A stretch of 58,845 nt of DNA from an uncultured virus (IMG/VR IMGVR_UViG_3300010345_000473) (Duplodnaviria; Heunggongvirae; Uroviricota; Caudoviricetes): IMG/VR virus record IMGVR_UViG_3300010345_000473. One strand, 5' to 3'. Under the pieces are notes generated by a model. That model searched no databases. It saw nothing but the letters and a program-made list of their open reading frames with translations, and was not told where the DNA came from. The position numbers were made by a program, and so were the translations under genes. Positions 1 to 9,200 of this stretch are shown here, in pieces. Position 1 is the stretch's first letter. Every line of letters begins with the position of its first letter.

Positions 1-1095
1 TCCAAGGTGTTTACGAACCCATACGCGTACTATAACGACAGTGAACAGACCATGTCAAATGAACGACTTGCTTCGCTTGGTTGTCCCGTGGATAACGAAC
101 GATTCTTTGCTACACATATTTCGTTGTCGCTTGAGAAGTTCTTTGCTGCGCTTTTTAAGTTTGGTGCCATCAAAGAACAGTTCAAGACCACCGATGTTCC
201 CATGATTGTGACGGGTGATAGTTTGGATTCCATGCCTTCGGAGAAGGAGATCGAAGTCGATACTCCAGACAGGGCTGTGGGTCTCCGTGCGAAGATCCTG
301 AAGTTCTATTTCAGGAAATCGCTTCGGATGATTCGGCAGTACAATATTCTACTCATGTTTGTGGCGCACATCACAAAAACCCTTCGGATGGATCCATATG
401 AATCATACACACCACAGTTGCCCACGTTGGGTGATCTCAATATCAGTGGTGGACAAGCTGTACAGTTCTTCCCGCACACGACTCTGTTTATGCGGCCACG
501 AATGACAAAGGCGAACGAAAAAGACTTGCTGGAAATTGGATGCTCGTCGAGTTCATATAAGGTTGATGTCACCACCCTCAAATGCAAGAATGTGCCGCTC
601 AAAATCACAGGAACCGTGGTATTCGAACCAAACATCGGATTCCTGGAAACCGAGACCAGAATCGTCAACATGTTTGATGACGATTGGTTGCCTGGTGCCA
701 ACAAGAAGTATCTGCCCAACTGTCCGGATCAGAAGTTTTACATGAAGGAGCTTCGTGATTTGTTACGAGACCCATCATTCAACGCACAATTCGATGTGGC
801 ATGGCAAATGTATCTTGATTGGAAATATGGGTCTACTATCTCAAAAATGAATGCATTGTCTGTGGATGTGGGTGATGCGGCGGGCGCACTCGAGATGCTC
901 AACGACGACGCGCAGGTTCGTGTTATCGATGCCATGGCAGATGCTGGGACATCCACATCAACGGCAACATTCCCCACACCACAGCCCATGGCAGCACCAG
1001 TCATGCCACAAATCACAAACACCGGGATCCCACAAACAAGTCTCGATGATATGTTTGGTCCAAAAACCATGCCTGTATATAGAGAGGAGAGCTGA
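1..1095 (+). CDS. RecA/UvsX-like recombinase (5' truncated by window edge)
   Basis: Walker-B-like IVTGDSLDS and RecA signature-like 'NISGGQAVQFFPHTTLFM'. Frame is open from base 1. Confidence 0.75.
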   Translation, partial: SKVFTNPYAYYNDSEQTMSNERLASLGCPVDNERFFATHISLSLEKFFAALFKFGAIKEQFKTTDVPMIVTGDSLDSMPSEKEIEVDTPDRAVGLRAKILKFYFRKSLRMIRQYNILLMFVAHITKTLRMDPYESYTPQLPTLGDLNISGGQAVQFFPHTTLFMRPRMTKANEKDLLEIGCSSSSYKVDVTTLKCKNVPLKITGTVVFEPNIGFLETETRIVNMFDDDWLPGANKKYLPNCPDQKFYMKELRDLLRDPSFNAQFDVAWQMYLDWKYGSTISKMNALSVDVGDAAGALEMLNDDAQVRVIDAMADAGTSTSTATFPTPQPMAAPVMPQITNTGIPQTSLDDMFGPKTMPVYREES

Positions 1096-1101
1096 TTCGG
1101 T

Positions 1102-1701
1102 ATGGCTAGCAATCAACTATTTTCCATCGATATCAAAATTGAACCAAACTGTGGCAAATATCTGCTTTCTCTACACAACAACAAACGGCAGGGTGCACTT
1201 CCGCAGGATGTTGTCACCCAAATGATCCAATCGTTTTCGCATGATGCGGAACAGAAGTGGCGAAACAGCATCATGGAACTTATCAGTTCATATAATGACC
1301 GATGCAAAGAATTCGTTTTGTCCGAGCTGTTTGAACCACACGAGTCTATGAGTATGGTGCGATACTCAGACAAAGAGGAACCTGGACATGCGATTCATGC
1401 GGTGGAGGATCCATCGTTTCGTCGCACTGTGGTTTCTGTTCGGCAGAAACGAGATCGATTGATGCTCACAGAAAGTCAGGGCATCGAACTGATTCGTGTG
1501 ATGAAAGAGATGTCGACGAAGAGCAATGAGTTGTTTTTCACCATCGTTGCGATGTTCGACATCTACCCATCATGCCAGTTTTATTTCAATTCGGGAAGGA
1601 TGTATTTCGCCAATCGGTCTTTTGTTGGTGTCAATCTGGACACCGCTCGCGCCGCACGGGCGATCCAGTTTGTGAATCACATCAACGCAAATCTACAATA
1701 G
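1102..1701 (+). CDS. hypothetical protein
   Basis: 199-aa ORF tightly packed between recombinase and helicase; GAGGAG upstream. Confidence 0.6.
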   Translation: MASNQLFSIDIKIEPNCGKYLLSLHNNKRQGALPQDVVTQMIQSFSHDAEQKWRNSIMELISSYNDRCKEFVLSELFEPHESMSMVRYSDKEEPGHAIHAVEDPSFRRTVVSVRQKRDRLMLTESQGIELIRVMKEMSTKSNELFFTIVAMFDIYPSCQFYFNSGRMYFANRSFVGVNLDTARAARAIQFVNHINANLQ

Positions 1702-3096
1702 ATGACACCATTTCTCTCGGATTGGTGGTACGTCGATGTGGCCGACGTACCACCTAACACATATAACGACCTCACGCTTCTTGTAAACAATCCCAACGAC
1801 ATGGCTGCGGAACAGGTGTACGTTCCGATCTGGGCCTATGCGAATCCAGAACAAACCGTAGTGGCCATCCCACGATACTGTTCTCTGGGATTGAAGTTGA
1901 TACAGCATCCCGCCGCCACAGATACTCGATCAGAGGGGGAACCCATTGATATTGAATTGCGTCCCGAATTCCCGCCTCGGAATCGATATCAGGAACAGGC
2001 CATTCTTACATTGATGATGAACGATCATGGCATCGTTCAAGCGAAGACGGGGTTTGGTAAAACATATGTGGCCATCAATGCCATCACACAGATCAAACGA
2101 AAGACACTGATTCTTGTACACAAATCCGCACTCATTGATCAGTGGATCAATGAGTTTGCTCGATACACCACTCTTACAAAGGATGACATCTGTGTGATTG
2201 GTGAACGGCATCAGGATCTCTCGAAACCGATTCTCATCACCACGGTTCAGAACCTCATTGCAAAGATGCGCCTCGGGAGTTGGGATCTTCGGAATGCACT
2301 CGTTGAAGCACAGATTGGTCTCACATTCTTCGATGAGTGTCATGTCACCGCGGCAGCTGAAAAGTTTGCCATGGCATCTCGGTGGGTGTTCTCTAAACGC
2401 ATTTTCGGATTGTCGGCCACACCACAGCGTGGTGACACATATGACCTTCTGAAGCAATGGGTGCTTGGATCGGTGATCTATGTGGATACACGAGAAGCCA
2501 TGCCCGTGTTCGTTCATTTCGTTCCATATCAAGCACCCATCACCGATTCGAAATATCTATGGTGGCTCAAATCCGATCCGATGAAATATGCACTTCGATA
2601 TCAACAGCACATCAAATCGAGACCCGAATTCATAAATTGTGCATCGGATCTTCTACTCAAGCTCATTCGTGAGGAACGACACACCCTCGCTGTAGCGGGA
2701 TACAAGCTCCTACTCAATGAAGTCTTTTCTGGATTGAAGAGAACTTTGCTAGAACAAAATATCAGTGTACACTCGGCCGTCATGTGCCATGGTACCACGG
2801 AGCTGGAGCATACTGCCATTGATCCCAACACAGCGCGCTGTGTGATCTCGACCTTAAAATACTTCGATGCGGGGCTCAGCCTTGATTGGCTCGACACGTT
2901 GGTTTACATGTCATCCCCATCAGTTAGGTCGGAATCCGCAATCCCGCAAATGGTTGGGCGTATAATGCGCGAGTACCCCGGCAAATCCGAGGTCCACATC
3001 TACGATCTTGTGAATGTGGCATTCTCACACGAGAAGGACCGCATGGCACATCGTAGCATGAAATATCAATCATTGGGATATCTGATAACGAGGTGA
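1702..3096 (+). CDS. SF2 DExH helicase, UvsW-like
   Basis: AKTGFGKT (motif I), FFDECH (II), GLSAT (III), QMVGRIMR (VI). Confidence 0.9.
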   Translation: MTPFLSDWWYVDVADVPPNTYNDLTLLVNNPNDMAAEQVYVPIWAYANPEQTVVAIPRYCSLGLKLIQHPAATDTRSEGEPIDIELRPEFPPRNRYQEQAILTLMMNDHGIVQAKTGFGKTYVAINAITQIKRKTLILVHKSALIDQWINEFARYTTLTKDDICVIGERHQDLSKPILITTVQNLIAKMRLGSWDLRNALVEAQIGLTFFDECHVTAAAEKFAMASRWVFSKRIFGLSATPQRGDTYDLLKQWVLGSVIYVDTREAMPVFVHFVPYQAPITDSKYLWWLKSDPMKYALRYQQHIKSRPEFINCASDLLLKLIREERHTLAVAGYKLLLNEVFSGLKRTLLEQNISVHSAVMCHGTTELEHTAIDPNTARCVISTLKYFDAGLSLDWLDTLVYMSSPSVRSESAIPQMVGRIMREYPGKSEVHIYDLVNVAFSHEKDRMAHRSMKYQSLGYLITR

Positions 3097-3102
3097 TAGA
3101 TA

Positions 3103-3594
3103 GTGGCTGCAACTCATCGAGTAAAGCGGATTGTTGTTCAGGGGGATCGTGATGCCAACGCTCCCTTCTTGACGAGTGGATTCCAGCCTCCCCAGAATTG
3201 CAACATGCTTGATGCGTGGACCATTTCCGCGGGTTTCCAGGCATTCGCATCAGGCGGCTCAATCCTGCACAACTTCATCGGCGGCAACGTTCCTGTGGAA
3301 AGCAAGATTCGTATGATCAAGGTGGGATGTAACGAATTCCCGATTTCTCAGTTCACTCTGAGTCCTGTGGCCACACAATGTTGTGATTGTGGCACACGAA
3401 TGATTGGTGAGTATCACGAATGCGAAAAATGCAAAAGCACATCGGTGATGGTGATGGGTCGAATTGTGGGATATATGCGACCCATCTATAAGGGAGCGCC
3501 CAAAGTTGACTCAGACAACTTGTCGGTCTGCGCAGACCGCACATTTTGGCAAAAGGCACGAATCGCTGACTGGGGACGTCGGACGCTCATGTAG
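3103..3594 (+). CDS. nrdD: class III (anaerobic) ribonucleotide reductase, C-terminal glycyl-radical/Zn-ribbon fragment
   Basis: FLTSG, Q..ASGGSILH, CxxCG...CxxC Zn ribbon and glycyl-radical loop RIVGY. Confidence 0.88.
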   Translation: MAATHRVKRIVVQGDRDANAPFLTSGFQPPQNCNMLDAWTISAGFQAFASGGSILHNFIGGNVPVESKIRMIKVGCNEFPISQFTLSPVATQCCDCGTRMIGEYHECEKCKSTSVMVMGRIVGYMRPIYKGAPKVDSDNLSVCADRTFWQKARIADWGRRTLM

Positions 3595-3652
3595 CACACA
3601 TCTTGGGATAACAAAATCATCCCAAATCCAGATGACCAAGTGAGGGATTCAA

Positions 3653-4576
3653 ATGAACGCGTCCGAATTGCGATCTGTGTTTCATGATATAATTTCATCT
3701 CAGTATCGATTTCCCATCAGTGCGCATGTTGCACTGTCCACAGCAACATATGCATTCCGAACAATCGATCCAACATATGCCGATCTCTTTGATCTTGTGT
3801 ATGCGGATGATTGTGCGTTTGCTGGGGCACAACACTACGATATGATCATGCATGTCGGCCCACTGGTGGATTGTTTTGTGAAAACTGTTTACAATCGATA
3901 CACCGAGGCCTTTGTGAGCCACACAAAGGATGAGATTGCTCGATATGCTCATCTCATCAGCATGCATGTTCGCACATATGCATACTATCATTTTGTGGCC
4001 GCCCTCACTGCCTCGGTGCTTGAAGAACAATTCGGACGCGAATCATTATTCACATCGTGTTTCAAGAAGCCCGAGCTCAAAGAGATGATGCACAATGCAT
4101 ATGACGATCTCATCGATTTGTTTGATGCTCGGTTGCGCCGTGTTATATTCTACAACATCGCCGAAGACATCAGTTCGGTCAATCCATGGAGCATCCGGCC
4201 CTATACAGATGTGTCCGATCTGACGAACCGATGGAATCTCAAGATCACACAGCTTCCCGTGTTACCAAAATCAAAGGTTGTGGTGTTCATCAACAACAAT
4301 CTGTACAACATGTCGGGTGATGCTGTGGGAACATATACAACCACCACACAACTTCCCACATCTACCGCCTTCATCACATGTTTATCCGAGGACAATACTA
4401 TGACAGTTCTTGCTACAGTAAAACAATGGTCTTCCTCATCAAAACAAAACACAGATGATGTGGCACATGTCAATATCGAAACATTTGATGATAGAAATCT
4501 CGAACCATTCTATGGGTCATTGTACATCTATGATCCAGAATGTTATTTTAATAAACTTACATTATTCACAGCATGA
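3653..4576 (+). CDS. hypothetical protein
   Basis: 307-aa ORF; ATGA overlap with nrdG; no motif recognised. Confidence 0.6.
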   Translation: MNASELRSVFHDIISSQYRFPISAHVALSTATYAFRTIDPTYADLFDLVYADDCAFAGAQHYDMIMHVGPLVDCFVKTVYNRYTEAFVSHTKDEIARYAHLISMHVRTYAYYHFVAALTASVLEEQFGRESLFTSCFKKPELKEMMHNAYDDLIDLFDARLRRVIFYNIAEDISSVNPWSIRPYTDVSDLTNRWNLKITQLPVLPKSKVVVFINNNLYNMSGDAVGTYTTTTQLPTSTAFITCLSEDNTMTVLATVKQWSSSSKQNTDDVAHVNIETFDDRNLEPFYGSLYIYDPECYFNKLTLFTA

Positions 4577-5271
4577 TCTCTGGGAGGCGGCATATTTCGA
4601 TGGCCGATGAACTGACGTCGTTTGTGTGCCCTGTATACTCGCTTTTGGATCGACCTGGGAAATCATCGTTGGTGGTTTATACCTCGTCGTGTAACTGGTC
4701 CTGTTATGGCTGTCACAACATGGCCATTCTGCGATCAAAACCACAACCTCATATTACAAGACAGAAGTTTGTCACATATCTGAGCAACCCACTCGTTCAA
4801 TGTGTGGTTATCTCGGGTGGTGAACCAACATTGCTCGGAGAAGCGCTCATGAGTGAACTTCGATGGATTAGAAGTACATTCCCAAAGCTCCATATCAGCC
4901 TCGACACAAATGGATCAAACCCACAGATGTTGCGGAAGCTTGTGGCACAACAGCTCATCGATTCTGTGGCCATGGACGTGAAGCTCAATTGGTTCGTCGA
5001 ACAGACGTGGATGACCTGGGCCAAGAAACTGCTTGGTTGCCAAACCGTGGATCGAGCTGACATCCTGGAGTCCATGGACATTGTGGCGTCCATCAAGGAC
5101 TCATTGTTCCGTACGGTAAAGTATCCGTTGTTCGAAGAGGACACAACATATCTCTCCGATCTCAAGAATGATGTGGAACACAAATATCCAGAGATTCCAT
5201 ACTATCAGAACCGATATGTGAATACGAGTGTAGGAACGTTGCACAACCCCGCACTCATCGCGGTGGTGTAA
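4573..5271 (+). CDS. nrdG: anaerobic RNR activase (radical SAM)
   Basis: CNWSCYGCHN (CxxxCxxC), ISGGEPTL, LDTNGS, AMDVK; adjacent to nrdD parts. Confidence 0.9.
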   Translation: MISGRRHISMADELTSFVCPVYSLLDRPGKSSLVVYTSSCNWSCYGCHNMAILRSKPQPHITRQKFVTYLSNPLVQCVVISGGEPTLLGEALMSELRWIRSTFPKLHISLDTNGSNPQMLRKLVAQQLIDSVAMDVKLNWFVEQTWMTWAKKLLGCQTVDRADILESMDIVASIKDSLFRTVKYPLFEEDTTYLSDLKNDVEHKYPEIPYYQNRYVNTSVGTLHNPALIAVV

Positions 5272-5304
5272 GAATTCAAATTCATGAAGAGTGGATGTGA
5301 CACC

Positions 5305-6852
5305 ATGGCGACAACTCCTACTGAAAACAAGTATCTGAAAATCATTGATGATTATATTGGACGCGAAGATATCGCTCGACACAACAGCAACCTCATTTAT
5401 TCCCATGCCGCCATGGTGGGCATCATCTCGGGTGAGGTCATCAAAGACTACTGGTTCTCTCGAGTCTATGGAGACTATGCTCGGGCGTTGCATGATGAGG
5501 GATGGATCTACATCCACAACACTTCGGTGCTTGGTGCATATTGCAGTGGGTGGTCCACTCGGGATCTGTGTATCCGGGGACTCGAGTGCACCGAACCAAA
5601 CGCCCCAGCGTATTCTCCTCCAAAACATATCGAGTCGCTCCTTGGGGAAGCAGCAAACTTCATCGCTACGATTTCTCAAGAGATTCATGGTGCGTGTGCG
5701 ATGAACGACATCATTTCGTGTGTGGCATCCTATCTGTACATCGAGGAAACCATCAACAACGTACCAGTCACAGCAAAACGGCTCGAAAACATTTGGCAGA
5801 CGTTCTTCTGCGAGATCAACCTCGCATGGAGATGTGGCAACAGTCCGTTTACCAACATCACCATGACGATTCAGGGGAACGATCCCAACCTGCGGGATGA
5901 GAAGGTGGCCTATGGCGGCAAGTACCTTGACTTCACCTATGGCCAGATTCCACAGGAGTACTATGATCGCACCAACACCGCCTACATCAATGCGTTTGCG
6001 GCGGGCGATCGATATGGCAAACCTTACACCTTCCCGCTCATCACAGTTCAGATTTTCGATTCCACCGATTATGATCATCCTATTTTCAAAATGCTGCTCG
6101 AGAAGATGGATCCGTGGGGCGGAGTCTACATCGACAACTACTGCACGAAACCATTTAACAGCACCGAGCAATCTGCCTTCAAGGAGATCAACAGATTCAT
6201 CACCCCACGGGATGCCACAGCAACACGATCGTTCTGTTGCCGTCTACAGATCTCCATCGACGACATGAAGAAGGTGGGTCGTGGCATTTTCGGCTCCGCG
6301 CCGAAGGTGGGTGGAGTTGGTGTTTTCAATATCAACCTCAACCGAGTCTGTTATGTGGCGCAGGGGAATATGAAGCTCATCAAAGACATGCTTGATGATC
6401 TGCTGGAGATTTCACAATCCCTTGCACAGAAGAAGCGGAAGTTTATTCTCGATCACATGGACCTGTACCCATACTTCAGCAACTATCTGGACAACCTCGA
6501 CACATACTTCAATATCATCTCATGTGCGGGTGCGCACGAAGGGCTGATGTCCATGGGGTATCCAGATGGCTTATCCGATCCCGAGGGTGCCAAGATCGGC
6601 GCGGAGATCGCTGATCACATCAGAACCCGCATCGATATGATGATGACTCGGGATCGGGTTCCTGTTTCCTTTGAGTACGCTCCAGGAGAAACAGCCAACG
6701 TCAAGATGGCTCGGGCGGATCTTCGGTTCCAGGATTGGATCACACGGGGTTGTCCAGACACCGATGAGTTCACATGTTTTCGTTCGGTGATTAAACAGCA
6801 GTATGATGATGGAGTTTTCTTCGACGACATCACGGAACAAGCATCCGTGTAG
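5305..6852 (+). CDS. nrdD: class III ribonucleotide reductase, N-terminal/catalytic barrel fragment (no ATP cone)
   Basis: GWIYIHN, YCSGW, PFTNIT, PYTFPL, RSFCCRL finger loop, APGETA. Lacks the Zn-ribbon/Gly-radical C-terminus. Start at ATG 5305 chosen (ORF track 5284). Confidence 0.9.
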   Translation: MATTPTENKYLKIIDDYIGREDIARHNSNLIYSHAAMVGIISGEVIKDYWFSRVYGDYARALHDEGWIYIHNTSVLGAYCSGWSTRDLCIRGLECTEPNAPAYSPPKHIESLLGEAANFIATISQEIHGACAMNDIISCVASYLYIEETINNVPVTAKRLENIWQTFFCEINLAWRCGNSPFTNITMTIQGNDPNLRDEKVAYGGKYLDFTYGQIPQEYYDRTNTAYINAFAAGDRYGKPYTFPLITVQIFDSTDYDHPIFKMLLEKMDPWGGVYIDNYCTKPFNSTEQSAFKEINRFITPRDATATRSFCCRLQISIDDMKKVGRGIFGSAPKVGGVGVFNINLNRVCYVAQGNMKLIKDMLDDLLEISQSLAQKKRKFILDHMDLYPYFSNYLDNLDTYFNIISCAGAHEGLMSMGYPDGLSDPEGAKIGAEIADHIRTRIDMMMTRDRVPVSFEYAPGETANVKMARADLRFQDWITRGCPDTDEFTCFRSVIKQQYDDGVFFDDITEQASV

Positions 6853-6892
6853 TCTAGACACATATGACACACGAGAAGGGTGGTGAATATGT

Positions 6893-7855
6893 ATGGCTCT
6901 TGATGATGATGTTCTCTCATCGGCAAAAGCAGGTACCGCGGCATCAACCCCGCCACCGAAGTATAGTGGATTCTTTCGGGCACGTGTTGTTGATGTCAAG
7001 GATCCAAAGAAGGCGGGTCGCATTAAGGTCTGGGTGCCGACCCTCATGGAAGGAAAGGTCGATCCCGCTGAAGGTCGATGGGCACGACCGCATTCCATCT
7101 ATGGTGGTGCTACACTGGAACAGGGTGACAAGAAACAGGCCAACACGGCTTGAAAATCTGGTGTGTCCGCCGGTGGCGGCAGTAGCAGTGATGCAGGATC
7201 ATTAACCAGTACTGCAAAGGAACCAGGCGCCGACGACTTCGGGTCCGTACTTATTCCACCACTCGGATCATATGTCTTGGTGTTTTTCGAAGATGAGGAT
7301 CCAGACAAACCGGTCTATGTGGGTGGACTTATCCTCGATGATCCATCCCATATGCCCGTGGAGCAGACTCATGGGAAAGAGTATTGGAAACGACATACTC
7401 TGATCAAGACTCCCACAGCACGAACCATTTTCTTGTCCGATGATGTCGATCTTCCCTGTACAGTGATCACAGGCTGGGATCTGACGCACAAGAAACGTAA
7501 AAACAATGATGATCCCCGTCGTGATCGGAAACGTCGGTTCGATATCTGGGAAAAGAAAAAAGAAGAGTATATGATGCTTCTTGATGAGCTCGAAGATTAC
7601 ATTCTATTCGATGAAGTCAAGAAGCGCATCCGCTTGCAACATCACAAAGGTGCATATGTCGAATATGATCAGCAGGGCAATATTCACATCGAAGCCAGGG
7701 CTGGTGTATTCATCAACTGCAAAGCGGGTGTACACGAAAAGCCACCCATGCCTGGACCACCCCCGCAAGATCCCGCGGGTGGTGGGTGAGGCTGGAGTCC
7801 TCCAAAATCACCAACACCGTCACCATCTCCTGGCGGTGGGTGAGGTTGGAAATAA
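6893..7855 (+). CDS. baseplate central spike gp5/VgrG-like OB-fold protein with three in-frame UGA codons (putative selenoprotein, 320 aa)
   Basis: ORF-track ORFs 6893-7153 and 7163-7789 are in one frame. The OB-fold motifs RARVVDVKDP..GRIKV.VP..WARP and IPPLGSYVLVFFEDEDPDKPVYVG lie on either side of TGA 7151. Further TGAs at 7787 and 7841, then TAA 7853-7855. Confidence 0.8.
7164..7181 (+). promoter_or_regulatory. putative bacterial SECIS for UGA 7151
   Basis: TG(T)CCGCC-GGT-GGCGG-CA hairpin. Loop GGU at +22..+24 from the U of UGA, bulged U at +16. Confidence 0.7.
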
Positions 7856-7874
7856 CGAGCATCGGTGATGCTCG
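7856..7874 (+). promoter_or_regulatory. putative bacterial SECIS for UGA 7841
   Basis: Perfect 8-bp stem CGAGCATC-GGT-GATGCTCG; loop GGU at +24..+26. Confidence 0.65.
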
Positions 7875-7944
7875 ACCAAACATCAATGGGTGAGAGGTCT
7901 CCAAATCTCTCACCCATTTCACATCGAGGTAGGTGTTTCATGTC

Positions 7945-8271
7945 ATGCCACTTCCCATCGCACGCATTGGTGACCTGGCGGCGGGATCCAACTGTTATGT
8001 GGACCCATTGTGCTGTCCACACGATTGGTGTGGACCTATCATCACAGGTGCCACGCGTACTACATGCGAAAATAAAAAGGTAGCACGAGTTGGTGATCTT
8101 GGTGCCTGTTGTTGCCCACATGGTGGGATCTATATCATCGTTAAAGGTGCCACTCGATCGTTTTGTGAGAACCGACCCATTGCCCGTGTTACTGATATGG
8201 TGGTCTGCACAAGATGTGGATCGGTGGGGTTCATCATTTCTGGTGCCACGAGATCGTTCTGTGAAAACTGA
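7945..8271 (+). CDS. PAAR-repeat spike-tip protein, very Cys-rich
   Basis: Three repeats PIARIGD / KVARVGD / PIARVTD, each with I..GATR..CEN; 12 Cys in 108 aa; directly after the gp5-like gene. Confidence 0.85.
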   Translation: MPLPIARIGDLAAGSNCYVDPLCCPHDWCGPIITGATRTTCENKKVARVGDLGACCCPHGGIYIIVKGATRSFCENRPIARVTDMVVCTRCGSVGFIISGATRSFCEN

Positions 8272-8298
8272 CATGCAGAAAGGAGATGACGGATCGAT

Positions 8299-9111
8299 AT
8301 GGCCGATGAAGATATTGTTGCCGCGGTAAATGCGGTTTCTGGCGCAGTTAGTGCAATGCAAAGCGCGCTGTCTGCGTTGCTCGCGTCTATCGATATTCGG
8401 AACGAACACACACACCAACAACATGGTCATGGGTGATCCACAGCTAAACGCTCTTGAAGTGGCGGAGCGCGTGGGTGATCACGCTCATCATCGCCGGCGG
8501 CGGTGATTCCGAAAGCAGATCTTGGTAAAAAGCAACCAGAACATGCGCAGAGTATGTTACCGAATCCAGATCAGGCCAATCTTAACATTCCTGTGGCGCC
8601 TTTCCTGATAAACGAATTCTTTGGTGGGCAGGATGTGAACGATGATGGTCGAATCTATGGACGACATTTTATGTTCATGGAAAATGGCAAGATCCCACAG
8701 ATGCTACTCGATCTTCAAACAACAAATCCATCATGGCCCAACCCAGCACCATCATTTGAAGTGGACTGGGACGACTTTGTCTACTGGACTACAAAGGTGG
8801 CACGTATCCCCGGAGTCATCGGATATCTTGGCTCCACTCGCATCAGTCCAGCGAATCCTTGCATCGAGGAGGCCATTCAACTCGACATCGGTGAAGAGAC
8901 ACCCATATATGAGACGGATAGTTATGGAGTCAAAATCGCATACAGGGCAAAACGAATATCTGAAACGAAGGTTCGATACTTTGAATTCTTTGATGTGGAC
9001 AATGCTGATGGTTCCATTTCCCGGAAGGATTTGTACACTGTGGACTATGTGTGTCAGTATAAGGTGAAGAAACGACGACGCATGCCATGGGAACCCGATA
9101 GCACAACGTGA
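8299..9111 (+). CDS. virion/baseplate-associated protein with three in-frame UGA codons (putative selenoprotein, 270 aa)
   Basis: AAAGGAG RBS then ATG 8299. Reads MADEDIVAAV...HTHQQHGHG-UGA(8434)-STAKRS-UGA(8455)-SGGARG-UGA(8476)-SRSSSPAA and continues in frame into ORF 8503-9111. Confidence 0.7.
8449..8507 (+). promoter_or_regulatory. overlapping putative SECIS hairpins for UGA 8434, 8455, 8476
   Basis: CGCTCT-TGAAGTGGC-GGAGCG (G at +23); GCGTGG-GTGA-TCACGC (GGU at +20..+22); ATCATCGCC-GGC-GGCGGTGAT (GGC loop at +21..+23). Confidence 0.6.
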
Positions 9112-9120
9112 CACAACTTC

Positions 9121-9168
9121 TGCCGGAGGTGATGTGATGAACTTCTCAAATCACACATCACCTCCGGC
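9121..9168. terminator. intergenic 16-bp inverted repeat (terminator or processing hairpin)
   Basis: TGCCGGAGGTGATGTG ... CACATCACCTCCGGCA; no U-tract. Confidence 0.5.
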
Positions 9169-9200
9169 ACACTCTCGATGAAGCAGGTGACATCGAACTC

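Noticed and set aside
3653..4576. Homing endonuclease responsible for splitting nrdD
   Set aside because: No HNH, GIY-YIG or LAGLIDADG motif visible.
5101..6171. Long antisense ORFs (e.g. 5101-6171, 14949-15851, and APDR-repeat ORFs opposite the pentapeptide genes)
   Set aside because: They are shadows of well-supported genes on the opposite strand.
9109..9168. TGA at the end of the 8299 gene followed by a hairpin and another in-frame TGA
   Set aside because: Stem and loop geometry is unlike the SECIS candidates, and the extension would run out of frame into the next gene. Treated as a true stop.
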